Part shown: positions 51,831 through 64,000 of the stretch, one piece after another
Numbering within the stretch: position 1 is the first letter of the stretch
How the letters are laid out: each line of letters opens with the position of its first letter
NCBI GenBank assembly: GCA_951406725.2
Contig: OX597816.1
Location: forward strand, 117,428,001 to 117,492,000
Length of the DNA stretch: 64,000 nucleotides
Direction: 5' to 3'
Origin: Octopus vulgaris
Lineage: Eukaryota
Made by a program: the position numbers and the translations under genes
The notes under the pieces: model-generated
Told to the model about the DNA's origin: nothing
Database searches by the model: none
What the model saw: only the letters and a program-made list of their open reading frames with translations

Positions 51831-52660
51831 CATAATTCTTACTTATGATAATAATCTATTGAAGACAGCAAATAGAGAGAGACGTTAGAATGTTGGCTGG
51901 AATTACTTCGCGTTATTTCTTCCGATTTTCTGTGCTCTGAATTCAGTTCCAGTTGAGATTAACTTTGCCTTTTACCCATTTGGGGTAGATAAAGAAAACA
52001 GGGACCAATCAGGGGCATTTATAGGAACTGTTAGATGATCGAACAAGATACTGTGTATTACCTGTGTTACTAGTGCCAAGCTGTTGGACCTTGAGTCGGC
52101 GGCCTTTCCTTGAATAACATTGGTAGTATAAAAACGGAGAGACTTGTATGCATGGGCAACTGCCAATTTTCAGAAAAATCTTGCCCAGGCCTGCTTATAT
52201 ATATGTGTAAATTAACGGTCAAACATTCATTTACACAGTGAATGAAAGAAGATCACATTTATTTGATGTTCAAATAATTTTTGTCAATTTTAACTTAAAT
52301 TTGTTATTGTTCAGCAGAACTTCGAATAGACTTTGTGTTAATTACGTATCTTTACGATCAAGAATTCACCTTCTTGGTCGATTTTGACGTTCATTCATTA
52401 AAAAAAGGACCATATTTACTTCCGGGAGCTGAGAGTGGCCCGATCTTTTCTAGGTGCCTGTTTTTACGACGTTTAGGTGCGTCCATTTTTGTTTTGTTTT
52501 TAAATATATTTTCAGATAAATGGGTTATGTATATATCATTTAATTTTAATTTGTTGTATTTTGTATTTCGTATTTTGTCTCACGTCAATTTGTTGCATGC
52601 GTACACCTCAGCATATTTGCTTGCAATCTATTATTTGATGGTTTCTTGTGACCAATAGTG

Positions 52661-52661
52661 A

Positions 52662-52704
<43 letters not shown>

Positions 52705-52706
52705 GT

Positions 52707-52762
<56 letters not shown>

Positions 52763-52775
52763 TAATAATGATAAT
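52661..52775. repeat. (TAA)n microsatellite
   Basis: Directly visible. Abuts the 3' end of the R4/Dong-like element. Confidence 0.95.
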
Positions 52776-54291
52776 CTTACAAAAAGCTATTGCATGCTAA
52801 TATAGTTAACAGATACATATCTGAGATGTGATACAGGTCTTCTCAAATCTGAAGGATCTTTCTTAGGATTCTTGCAGAATATGGGATGGAAACATTTTTT
52901 ACGTGTCTCTAATCTTAATTCAAATGTCCTTCAACTTTTTAGATAGCCATGTGAAAGTTGTGCCGTGTGCACCAGTTACCACCGAATTAATGTTCACCTT
53001 CTTATTCGACAATCTTTCCATAATCTCGCTAGGCCCTGACATTTCTTTATTTTCCCAATTTTCTTGAAAATTCAATGATCATACTGTGTTCTTTCTGTCT
53101 CCACGATTACATCTGGTCTCTTTACCAGATGTAATTGTGGAGACAGAATATTATCAGTTTTCTCTCAGGAAAAATCCTATAAAATCCTCTAATTACCGTT
53201 TACCAAGCCAGCTTCTGGTTCATGCCCATATCACTCTCCATCGCTCATGATCTTAGTTAACATCACAATGTATTCTTTTTACTTTGATTTATACTCTTTT
53301 TGTGCTTGCTAACTGCACTTACTTAGAAGTCTCAGCTGTCCGATTGAGTTTTATTAAGCTTTGTGCTTATCAAATTCATTCTAATAGCTTGTCCTTGAGC
53401 AGCTGTAATCAGCCATTAAATTTCGCGTTTTAGATTTCCATCTTTCAGCCACAATCAGCATTCTTCAAATCCAACATTGTCGGTTTGTTGCATTGATTGG
53501 CGATGTAGTTCTTTCTCTTTCTTGTCGCTTTTCTTTCTGTTCTCGAAATCTCTCACCGTTTTAAATGATTCCCTTGTATTGTTAACCGCAGGTAATAGCC
53601 TTTAATCACTGTACACAACATCGTTTTTCAACCCCCAAATTGCAGTACTGATGAAATTTTCTGTACTAAACAAACTTCTACTCCTGTCTCTTCTTAATAA
53701 ATAGAGCCTACCGATATTAATTTTAGTGTGGCGAGCGTTATGAATTGTGAACAGCATTCTAGTTCTCTTATCTAACTTCTCTAGTTCTGTCTTAGTTCAC
53801 TGAAAAGAAAGGAGTAGAGTAGCTCAAGTAGCACAGTTTAAGTATTAGTTACTTAAATGATATTACCTTCATTTAATTTCAACACCTGCCCTAGGGAGAT
53901 CTCCTCATTTATTTTTCATTGCCTTATTTTTTTATTGCCTGCAGTATTCCTAATCACTTGTATCCTTCATTATCTTTCAGTGATCTAATGAAATCATCTT
54001 GTGGCATCTTTATCATTTCAGATTTAATCTATCTTTCGATATCTCTTAAAATTTATTATACACCGAACGGCATACCTACATCCTTGCTAAATATCCTTAG
54101 TGTTTGATTAAGAGAATCCAGATCTTTTAAATTTATGGCGTATAATTTAAGGTTCTCTGTAATGATTTTCTTCGCGTTCTTAGCAAACTCACAAGCAGGT
54201 CTGGATTTTTTTTCAGTATGGTTTCAGGGGAATTAGCAAAATCACGAAAAGTAATGGAAAGAGAGAAAGAGGGAGAGAGGGATATATATAT

Positions 54292-54367
<76 letters not shown>

Positions 54368-55660
54368 TGTCTCTCTGAAATATCCCTCTCCGTATTTTCA
54401 CATTTCCAAATTGTTCACTTCCGCACTTTATTACCAACGATCACATTATTTTTTCTACAAAACAGTTAATATCATGGACCCTAGGGGATTCAGGTACTCC
54501 AAAATCCAATAGCGTGACATAGTATCATGCGCCGTCTTCTAGTCTATGAAACCGATACTGCGTACTTCACTTAGCCTTATACTATTGATATATAATAGAT
54601 CAGCAGTTTTACTTTGCATTTTTGGTAACAGATTTTCCTTCTTCAGAAAGCTATACAATTCATCTGTGGAATGAACTGTATGGCTTTCATTTATGATTGT
54701 TAAGATGAACAGTTAGCAATTTCCAGAGCAAGGGCAAGTATGTAATTGGTCAATTATTACCGACTTCCATTCCTTTTTTTATCGACTCCCTTTTTTTTTA
54801 TCTTCCTTATTTAAAACACTTCTTTGTATCATCGATGTTGGTATTACATTTTCTTACAACCAATAAGAAACAGTTATATATAATAGTGTATGCTTGTCAG
54901 ATTTTCGGGCCAGGATCCCTGAATACCTCGGGTCTAGGAGCTTTCCTGTTTGGTATCTTTTTGTATCAGTTTAACTTCTCATTTATGAAATCTATATTCT
55001 CTTGCGCTTATCTATTTTCCATTTGACTTTTAAACTTCAGAAATCAGTCTGCTTCAGTTATATTGGGTCACTCTGCTCCAAATATTTGGCCAAATCTTCG
55101 TTGTTGCTTTAGCTCATCGTATATAACTCGGTATATCACTCTCCTAGTTTTCATTATGATTGTTCAGTTGTTGGTAAAATTTCCTTTCCTTGTTTCTGAA
55201 GACCTTGTTTTGCTGACGCTGATTTATTCTTTGTTGCTAACAAGTATCCTCACCTGACTTTGCTTCGGTTTTTGTCATCTTTTCTTTAGCATCCTGTATT
55301 ACTCTGTATCTGAAGTTACACTTTCTTTCGCGCTTTCATTCACCGTCGTCTTTTCAGTTACAATACTTATCCTTCTAATATCTTTATTAAGCTGTTCAGT
55401 TTGATTCTCAAGTCTCCTTTTCCTCCATGGCCTTTACCCTTTTCTTCTACTAAAATTCTAACTCTAAAAATTTCTATAGCGATTGAGACTGCACAGTATA
55501 TGAAGTAATTTACATTCATTATATTCTTAGCTTAGATTTTTGTTAATAGCTCATTCAGTTTCTATACTGACTTTCGTAAGTTTTCACTTTCACTTACTCT
55601 CAGAGTAGGGCAGGTAATCTCGGCGTATCCCATTTGTTGTCTAATTTAGACGATAAAGTT
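52776..55660 (-). mobile_element. Heavily decayed R4/Dong-like non-LTR retrotransposon
   Basis: VKIRRGIFQRD(TLS)...PLLFVILLIPL RT motif split by a (TC)n expansion, LWLKDGNLKRE..ITAAQ, and VVTGAHG at the endonuclease end. Confidence 0.7.
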
Positions 55661-56559
55661 CTTTACTATCATCATCATCATCATCATCATCATCGTTTTA
55701 CTTCTCAGTGCTCTTGCTTTTAATTGCTCCAGTTAATTCTTCTTATTATTATTAACAAGGCGGCGAGCTGGTAGAATCATTAGCATACCGAACAAAATGC
55801 TTAGCGGCATTTCGTCCGTCTTTTTGCTCTGAATTTCCGTCGAGATCGACTTTGCCTTTCATCCTTTCAGGGTCGATAAAGTACCACTCGGGCATTGGGC
55901 CGATGTAATCGACTTCCACACATCAAATTTGCTGGCCTTGTGCCAAAGTAAAAAAAAAGGATTATTGTTATTATTATTGATCGATTGATTCATTCACTGA
56001 CTGATTGCTAACTTGTTAGGATGAGAATTCAGGATATACTTCAAGTGTAACTAAAAGAAATAAGATTCACTTTCATTTTGTTCTGTACAGGGACATTTTA
56101 TTGAACCATTTGGAAGTCTGCTTCGTACCGAGGTAAGATATTAAAATCGATTTCTTAAATAATTCCATTTAAAAAAAATTTCAAGTCAATAATGACTTCT
56201 CGCTACACGAGAACCATCCACTAAAAAGTAACCATGAACAGAGCCAGAGAGCTTCCAAACGGATAAAAGTATATGCAAGAAATAAACCCCCATCCACCAA
56301 AAAAAAAAACGGCATTTAAGCAAAAAATTGTAATAATATAAACCATACTTTGGCTACAAAAATAACAGCATTCGTACATACACACCCAAACACAAATCCT
56401 CAATCGTAATATCTCATTGAAAGTAGACAAGCATGGCAACATTATATCCTTAAAACGATGCCTTTCTGCCTGTATCTACTACCCTAGTATAAAAGAAAAT
56501 AACTTACTTATACTTTGCCAAAGCCACGAGAGATTTTTCGTGCTAGTCAAAGAAAAATT

Positions 56560-58310
56560 ATAGTTTGCCCTCCCAGATACATAGAGTGAAAATTTCTTCA
56601 TCGGAAGAGGTAAGCCATAAATGGTATGATATGGTACAAGGTGAGATTGCGAGCTCAGATAGGTCGATCCGTCTGGTAGTGCAAGGAAAGAGTTCTTGTT
56701 ACACGAGTGGTAATAAAGACATTTTGAGAATTTTTATCCTAGAAGAAGAAAGAAAATAAAATAGAAAGAGCGGCAGGCACGCCAGAGACAGCAGAAGGTC
56801 CCAGAAGTGAAATCTGTGGTTGCTGTAGTCATTGCTTTCAAATCATCACTGGTCGCAGAGCTGAGTACAGATAGCCGGAACGGCAGCAAACGACGTTTTC
56901 TCATCAGGAGCCAATGGCGACCGAGGAACCGAGCGATCTCCTCCTCCTCCAGCAGAAGACCCGACAGAGACTACGAGTAACAGTACCAGGTCATCTTTTT
57001 GAGGTAATTAGGAAGGAATAAAGAATGAAGAAGCACGTGAAACAGTCGAGGACGGTAAGAAAAGAAAGAACCTAGACAAAAGATGAGGAAAAGACTGGCA
57101 GTTTATCATGACGAAGCGGCCAATCTCACGGAGTGAGTGAACTTTAAAGTAATTCGAAGGGAGAACCCTAGGGTATTTAATTCAATGCTGACCATGAAAA
57201 TAGACAAATCAAATACTGGACTGATTGAGAAGATGAGAGACGAGTGCATGCCACCCCAAGATGATAGAAAGTTTTTGACTACCATGTCAGCTTCCTATTA
57301 GCAGCTGAGGAATCGCGGTCTAGAGGATGTGGAGTCCTTCACTGCTCTGTTAAGCTCAACAATACCTATAAACATTTTTGGAGAACTCAACTTGCAGGCA
57401 GTGAGACACTGATACCACCCAAGTAGTCTTGAGACACTGATCCTACCCAAGTAGTACTTTCCAACCATTGTGTAGGTGGCATGTTCTTATTTGGATTAAT
57501 TTTGTATATCCAAATTTTTCATCGGTCATAATCTATTTCGCTTTTGTCTCAACTGTTTATTACACACATACATATGCTCATTCCCATAGGCTTTCTTACC
57601 ATTTTCGTTGTAGCACAGTTTGTGTCGTATGTGTAGGCTTTTTAGTCAATAAAGAAAAATGTTTTAAAAATTATTATTGTTGTTGTTGATGTTCACTATG
57701 AACGGTCACGTTTCACAGAGCACCACTTAGAAGATTATTTTATATATAAAAAAATGTATTTGCTGTTCTTTTTACTAATTAAAAGCTCTGAAATACTTGA
57801 ATGTCTCTTCCAATACCTAGAATAATGGAATCTCTGGATAATTTCAAAGAGTTCCTGTCTGGTAGTGCGACAGAAGTCGAAGCACTGCCAGTTCGAGATA
57901 AACTCTACAGGAGCAAAAATCTGACCAGCCGGTACTGTACGTGATGCGCAGATCGACGAAACCGATCTGTTCACACTAAGTGTCCGAGCATTGTTGACTT
58001 GTGAATTTTTTTGAATAGCTATCGTTGCCTGGAAGACAGACCTGGCTATCAACTGATTCCTTCAGAAAGATGGCTTTTCTTTGACCATCTAGGGCAGGCA
58101 GTTTTGTCCTGCCTGGTGTCTATAACAAAAGACGTTGCTTGTTGAACGTGGCTGAAAGGATTGAAGACAGATACCTCTCTCTTCTGCCAAAACCTCATTG
58201 ACTTTCTCACGTTCCATTCAGAGAGTAAGGTCAGTTGGAGAAGGAGACGCTACCTTTCAGTAAATTTTATGAAAGACGTGTGAAAGTGGCAAGCATGGTC
58301 TGAGTGGAGG
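56560..58310 (+). mobile_element. L1/Tx1-like remnants (ORF1 zinc-knuckle trace and ORF2 C-terminal CCHC)
   Basis: ALPVRDKLYR...YCT*C...H.KCPSIVDL near 57880-58000. Decayed IRLVVQGK..CY..G..H motif near 56670-56740. Confidence 0.55.
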
Positions 58311-60065
58311 GATTTACACATTGCATATACCTGAAAATATACACTTTGTATACGCCTGAAGACTAAAAAATAAAGTGAAGGTTAGGTGTCAATCCTCCTT
58401 TAAAGATATGAAATTTTGCATGTTTGCATACTTTCACTTTATTTATGTTAACTTACATACACCTTGCAACTTTCCCTATGGGATGAACCGTTATTCGTCG
58501 CTCTTGTGACAAAAAAAATTATTATTTGGACAATTCAAAGGAAAGTTACCGTCTTTCTTGCTCGTTCCTCAGGCAAGTATGCAGTGGTTATTTTTAATCT
58601 GTTGGTCTGTGCTATCAAAGTTGACGTTGTAGTTTGCATTCCATTCTTCCAGCAGTGATAAATTAAGTACCAGTTGCGTACTGGGTCGATCTAATCGACT
58701 GGCCCCACCTCTCCAAAAATTTCGGGCCTTAGAGTAGAAACGGATATATAGCTGCAGTCAAATACTGGTGATCGATGTAATAGATTATGTTCTGTATCGA
58801 GGATTGTCCCGATGTTTAGGAATCATTATAATTTGATAGTATTAATTTAGTAATATTTTGCGACACCAGCGCCTGTTCTGGCACTAATATATATTATAAT
58901 TTGACTATGGACGTAACTGCAAACGTAGACAGGAAGTGGCAGTGAAAAAAAAAATGTATAACAGTATAGCATGTAGCAGCTATATTTACATATTTCCTGT
59001 CAGCAGATGGTACAAGCTGGCTGGAATCCAAAAACTTTCGAAAGGATAAGGCAGAAAGCTAGAAAGCTGAATTTTATTGCTGCTTGTATGAGAAGCAGAC
59101 TAGTTCTTTGATAGCATCTACCTTGGCATCACGTTTTTAGTTCAAACCTGCAGGAGGCCGATGGAATAAACGATTTTATTTTTAATATGACACAAGGGCA
59201 AATTAACAAATTCACGTTGTTGTTCTTTAGCCTTAAGTTAGCCATGATCGGACAGGCGTATGACCTAATGCATTTCAGGTGCGATCACTTCGTCTTTTCA
59301 GAAGGTACCTATGACTATATTGTCTAATATAGTTTTTCATTAGTTAAGATGCCAGGACGTGTGATTTGATGGAGATTTGATTGCTATTTCTAGCAGGTTG
59401 AGCAGCATGTAGAAGCTCGTTAGACAATTATTTTATCGACTCTGGTAGGATATGAACTATGGGCCGAAAGGAACGAAATTAAATTCAATAAAGTCTGTTG
59501 ATGTAAAAACATTTCGCTTCGGTGTGGGTGACTCCAACTTAACAGAAGTGTGTAGAAGTATGAAGAATACATCACTAATTGACACTATTCACATGAAAAA
59601 TGATCCTGTCATAAGTGCTTCGGTAAGCACCGTGAAATCTATTTTCCGCTGACGAAATCACAGCAGAATAAAAACATGTCTGGAAGTGTCACCTGTTTTT
59701 GTCAGAATAATAAAAATAATATTAGTTTTAGACTAATATTGCTTTTTTCTCCCTGCACAATTATTTATAGTTAGAGTTATAATACTCCTTGCATTAAATG
59801 TTATGCATACGTTTTTCACCTTCTCCACCAGGTCTCAATGTAAGCAAGAAACAAATACTCTTTTTCATAACAACTTGTAAGATTCAACAGACTTAAATCT
59901 AGTACAAAAACTTGCTGTCCTTAGCTATTTTTGCAATGAGACAATAGCCTAGGCGCGCGCGTACACAGACGCACATACATGCTTATATAAATATGTGCGT
60001 GCGTGTGTATGTATATGCACGCTAACTGTACGTGCATATTAGCTGTCCTTGCGCGCGCGCGTAAG

Positions 60066-60138
<73 letters not shown>

Positions 60139-60449
60139 GAGGCTATTGATGTATTTCGGTATGAATGAACATAGTGAATATCAATGTGAATAGAGATGTG
60201 ATGCCATGGTGATGTGGTACTGGAATGTATTTTACTGTGTTTTAAGTGAAGAAGTACATATTCAGATAAAAAGCTATCTGCTAAAGCGATAAATTTGTAG
60301 TGATATTGATATACTCATGTTGGAAGAGACTTGTGGTAATCAAACTATACCACCCCGCATGAAGCGAGTAACCAAGCAATCAAGCCAAACAACAAACGGT
60401 TGATCGACTTAACTTTATATATAGGAATTCGAAAGGATAGAGTTAGAAT

Positions 60450-62621
60450 TAGTGGCGTAGCTAATAGAGGTGGCGTGAAGGGGAACGGCCTCTTCTCCAG
60501 AGCACATTTTTCAAAGTTGGCGCCTTTTCAGCAATTTTGTTTCATACATAATGACACAGTTACTAAAACACGAAATTAATGAATGTATATTGCAATTACA
60601 TATTTTTTTTATTAAAAAAATTAAAAAAAAATTTATTTATCTAGTTTCATCTCACAAGCTGTGGCCATGCTGGGGCACCGCCATTTGGTGTTGCTACATG
60701 ATTTTACTTCACGAGTGCTTTTTAGCAATTGCAATTTGGTGCATGAGAGAGTTCGATGCAGCTGCCCTCATCTGCACCTCCCGCCGGGAAGTTGGTTCAT
60801 CTGGGATACCTGACAAGAAGAGATTCAGTTTCATTTTAAAGACATCTGCGTCCATCCCATGCATGTCTCTTAGGTTCTTCGAGAGGATATTGAAGAGCTG
60901 TGGGCCTCGGAAGCCCAGGCTATCACAGTATCTTGTCCTACATCTTGATGGTGAATTTGGAGTCCTTGGCACTATGCAGTGGCGCCCAGTTCTGGCATTT
61001 GTGTAACTCTCGATGCCAAAGTTTGGGACAAGTCCTTCTAGGATCTTCCAGATGTATATTATGGCATATCTTTCTCGCCTACGCTCTAAGGAATAGAGTC
61101 TCAATCTCTTGGGTCTTTCCCAATAGCTTATATGCTGCACAGAGGCTATCTTCTCCGTGTAGCTTCGTTGGATCGCCTCAAGTTCTGTGATTAACTTGAC
61201 ACTGGATGGTGACCATAGCTGAGAGCAATAGTCAAAGTGACTTAGGACAAGTGTCCTCCAAAGGACCATCATGGTTTCCTGATCTCTTGTTCTGAAGGTT
61301 CTAAGAATCCATCCGGTCAGCCGCCTACATTTCATTGCCAATTTAGCAACATGCACATGAAAGGTTGCGTCATCACTCATGTAAATACCCAGGTCTCGCA
61401 CTGATTGTGCCTCTGGGATTGCAGTCCCTCCAGGTCCAGTGTATTTATTGGGTATTGCATTTAGTTTTGCGTGCTGATAGCATAGAGCTTGAAACTTTTC
61501 AGCATTGAACTACATGCTATTCTTTTCAGCCCACTTGTATATTTTGTCCAGCTCACATTGCAGGTGCTTAATGTCTTCAGGGTTCTGTATTGCCTGTGAA
61601 ACTTTTGTATCATCTGCATAACTTGTGATTGTGGCTCTCTGCGTGGCTGAGGGCATGTCTGAGAGGGCCATTATGAACAGTAGTGGTCCCAGAACAGTGC
61701 CTTGCGGAACACCGCTCACTATTTGCGTGTTAATGGAAGTGGCCCCATTGGCTACTACCACCTGACTTCTATCCTTCAGAAAGTCATGAAGCCATTCTCC
61801 CAATTTTCCAACTATGCCAAGATCACGCAGTTTGTGACATAGCATTCCATGATCGACTTTATCAAAGGCCTTTGCAAAGTCGAGATATATGATTTCCACA
61901 TTTGAGTGGTTGAGCAGTCGTTTCAGCACCCAGTCATAGTGTTGTAGGAGCTGAGTTAAGCAGCTTCTTCCTGGTCGGAAACTGTGTTGGGTGTTCGGCA
62001 GCAAGTCATTTTCTTCAAGGAAGGTGATTAGGTTCCTTCTGACTATTCGTTCCATGACCTTGCTGATGTGTGAGGTCAGAGAGATAGGTCTGTAGTTCCT
62101 CCGCTCTGTTACCTCCTTTATGAATAGGGCATATTTTACCTTCCTTCAGTTTTCTTGGAAGTTTGCCAGTTGCAAGGAATCTCTGAAAGAGGAACTGCAA
62201 TGGTCTTGCTAGGACTCTCTTACATACTTTTAGAAGGATTGCTGGGAATCCATCTGGGCCAGTAGCTGAGTTTGTTTTCATTTCATCAATAGCCTTTATT
62301 ACATCGTCTTCCTTTATATTGATGTAATCAATCATCGCTGCCTCCGATTTTATATCTGCAGTGGTAAAGAAGTCAGTTGGATTGCTGACTTGAAAATGCC
62401 CTAGGGGTGGCGTGAAAATACTCTTGAATTGCTCATTTAGTATTTCACTTACCCTCATTGGATTTCCTGTGAGTGTGCCATCCTTTTCAATATTTCATTA
62501 TAACTAATGAAATATTCCGCGTAATGTAAGAGAAATGAGTTAAAAAATTGTTTGGCGTGTGGCACAGCGCCTTTATTTTTGTGCTCGCTCCCTCTAACTT
62601 TAGAACCTGACTACATCTCTG
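60450..62621. mobile_element. Old hAT MITE split by a CR1 insertion
   Basis: 8-bp TSD GTTAGAAT (60442-60449, 62622-62629) and diverged TIRs TAGTGGCGTAGC / GACTACATCTCTG. Confidence 0.7.
60632..62490 (-). mobile_element. 5'-truncated CR1-like LINE (RT)
   Basis: SATGPDGFP, FRPGRSCLTQLL, YLDFAKAFDKVDH, SGVPQGTVLGPLLF, YADDTK and YSLERRR motifs. Only a few stops and frameshifts. Confidence 0.93.
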
Positions 62622-64000
62622 GTTAGAATGATAACTTTCATTGGTTGAAGTGCACAGTATATGAAGTCATTTACATCCATTATATTCTTAGTTTAGAATT
62701 TCTCTACTGACTTTAGTAGGTTTCAAATCCTGTTTCCTGACTGGGTGAAAATGATCAAACTCTATTTTTAGAAACATTTTCCGAGAAAAGATGAAATAAC
62801 TCCAGCAATTCAGTTTTGGCAAGTGTATTATTGTACCAGCGTCAGAGTAACCAGTGAACATCGAAGGATCAATACCAAGTAGGAAGAAATATTATTTACA
62901 TATATTTATTCGTTTGCCCGACAGGTAGAGGAAGAAATTGCTGTCTGCCAGTAGGGAGGGAAAGAGTAAGGAATGCACGGTGCCGACTAGAAAGGAAGAA
63001 AGGATAAAGGTGGCTCTGCTCTGATTGGCTGTATGCAAATAAATTCATTACTAGGATCCGGAACTCTCGTGGGAAAAAAATTTCGCCGCACGGCGTGCTC
63101 ACGATTCTGTCAGCTCACCTTAAATTAGAAAGGAATTTTAGTGACATAAGGGAAATGAAAATAGTTTCAAATAGGAATTGAAAGAGATTGGAAATGTAGC
63201 TCGCAGGAAAACTTAACAGCAATTATAATTATTTATTACGTGCACGACACAACCATCAGTTATAAAAAGGGGTTTGTGTAAGAAAATTAATGGCATGCAT
63301 ATTTTTTCTTGAGAGCATTTGTAACACAAATGAAATCAAATGGTAAACACCTGGAAAAAAAAGCAAAAAAACCCCCAGAAATAATCTAACACCATTGAAG
63401 TAAATCAGGTGCAAGGAGATTGGAACAAATTATGAAAGATAGGAAAGCAGCGTTTTTCTCATGATTGACAGCTGACATATCGATCGCTTTATTTTCCTCT
63501 ACAAGATTTAAGACAGAGATTACAAATTCAGGTATTGCTGCTAAACCAACTTGACCCAGTCTTTCTTATGTTTTGATCATAATGGACAAAACAAGAAGTC
63601 GGGGAGATGGGGGCACTGTAACTGCTGCTGTTATCCCTCCGTATTTTATCATACCAATGCAGCTGTAATAGTTGTTGTTGATGATAATTATATGGTGATG
63701 ATGATTTGCAACGACCATTAGTTCTGCTCTTTTCTACTTGCTCCCATACTGAGTCTTGTAGTTGTTGCTGTGTTGTCTCTAGTTAATCCTGATTGAACAG
63801 ACATATCATTAAAAGCATTCCAGCAACGACGACACCATCTTTCCCCCCACGTGTATTGTGTACCTAGGACTACATTACCAAATGCATTATTTTCCTTTGA
63901 GATTGTCGTAATGTTGATAATAGCTAGTATGCATAGAAGTGAAAATATCGTTGTTTTTATATTTAAAACTTGTACATACATAAATGCATGCATGGATATA

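Noticed and set aside
59770-59880. Trace of a mariner transposase C-terminus
   Set aside because: Too degenerate to define boundaries or confirm.
63718-63993. 91-aa minus-strand ORF at the window end
   Set aside because: No recognisable domain or supported splice structure.

Overview
AT-rich, microsatellite-dense eukaryotic genomic DNA. The SINE/LINE repertoire suggests a coleoid cephalopod, probably Octopus (inference). The only host gene I can support is the 3' half of a diacylglycerol lipase beta-like gene (DAGLB, + strand). It has five GT-AG exons (549-704, 1265-1392, 2632-2773, 6059-6282, 18304-18466) that splice in frame and carry the GHSLG Ser, GDDLIPR Asp and LDHLP His triad. The rest is nested transposable elements: several tRNA-derived SINE families, RTE, CR1, R4/Dong-like and L1/Tx1-like LINEs, Penelope-like fragments, a deleted Gypsy element with a solo LTR inserted in its LTR, a near-intact mariner inside a Tigger, Tc1 and hAT MITEs. 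The strongest unexplained signal is a ~2 kb cluster (47.2-49.1 kb) of four distinct hammerhead-ribozyme folds plus a partial fifth, on both strands and mostly separated by microsatellites. A further decayed hammerhead follows a Penelope fragment at 39.6 kb. Other notable points are a PHD-type zinc finger inside the RTE reverse transcriptase, repeated pseudoknot-like motifs in the RTE 3' UTR, a SINE concatemer with apparent AATACC targeting, and a CpG-depletion boundary near 25.5 kb. Most ORFs in the supplied track are microsatellite or repeat noise. All calls were made by eye, and repeat boundaries are approximate unless a TSD or TIR is cited.
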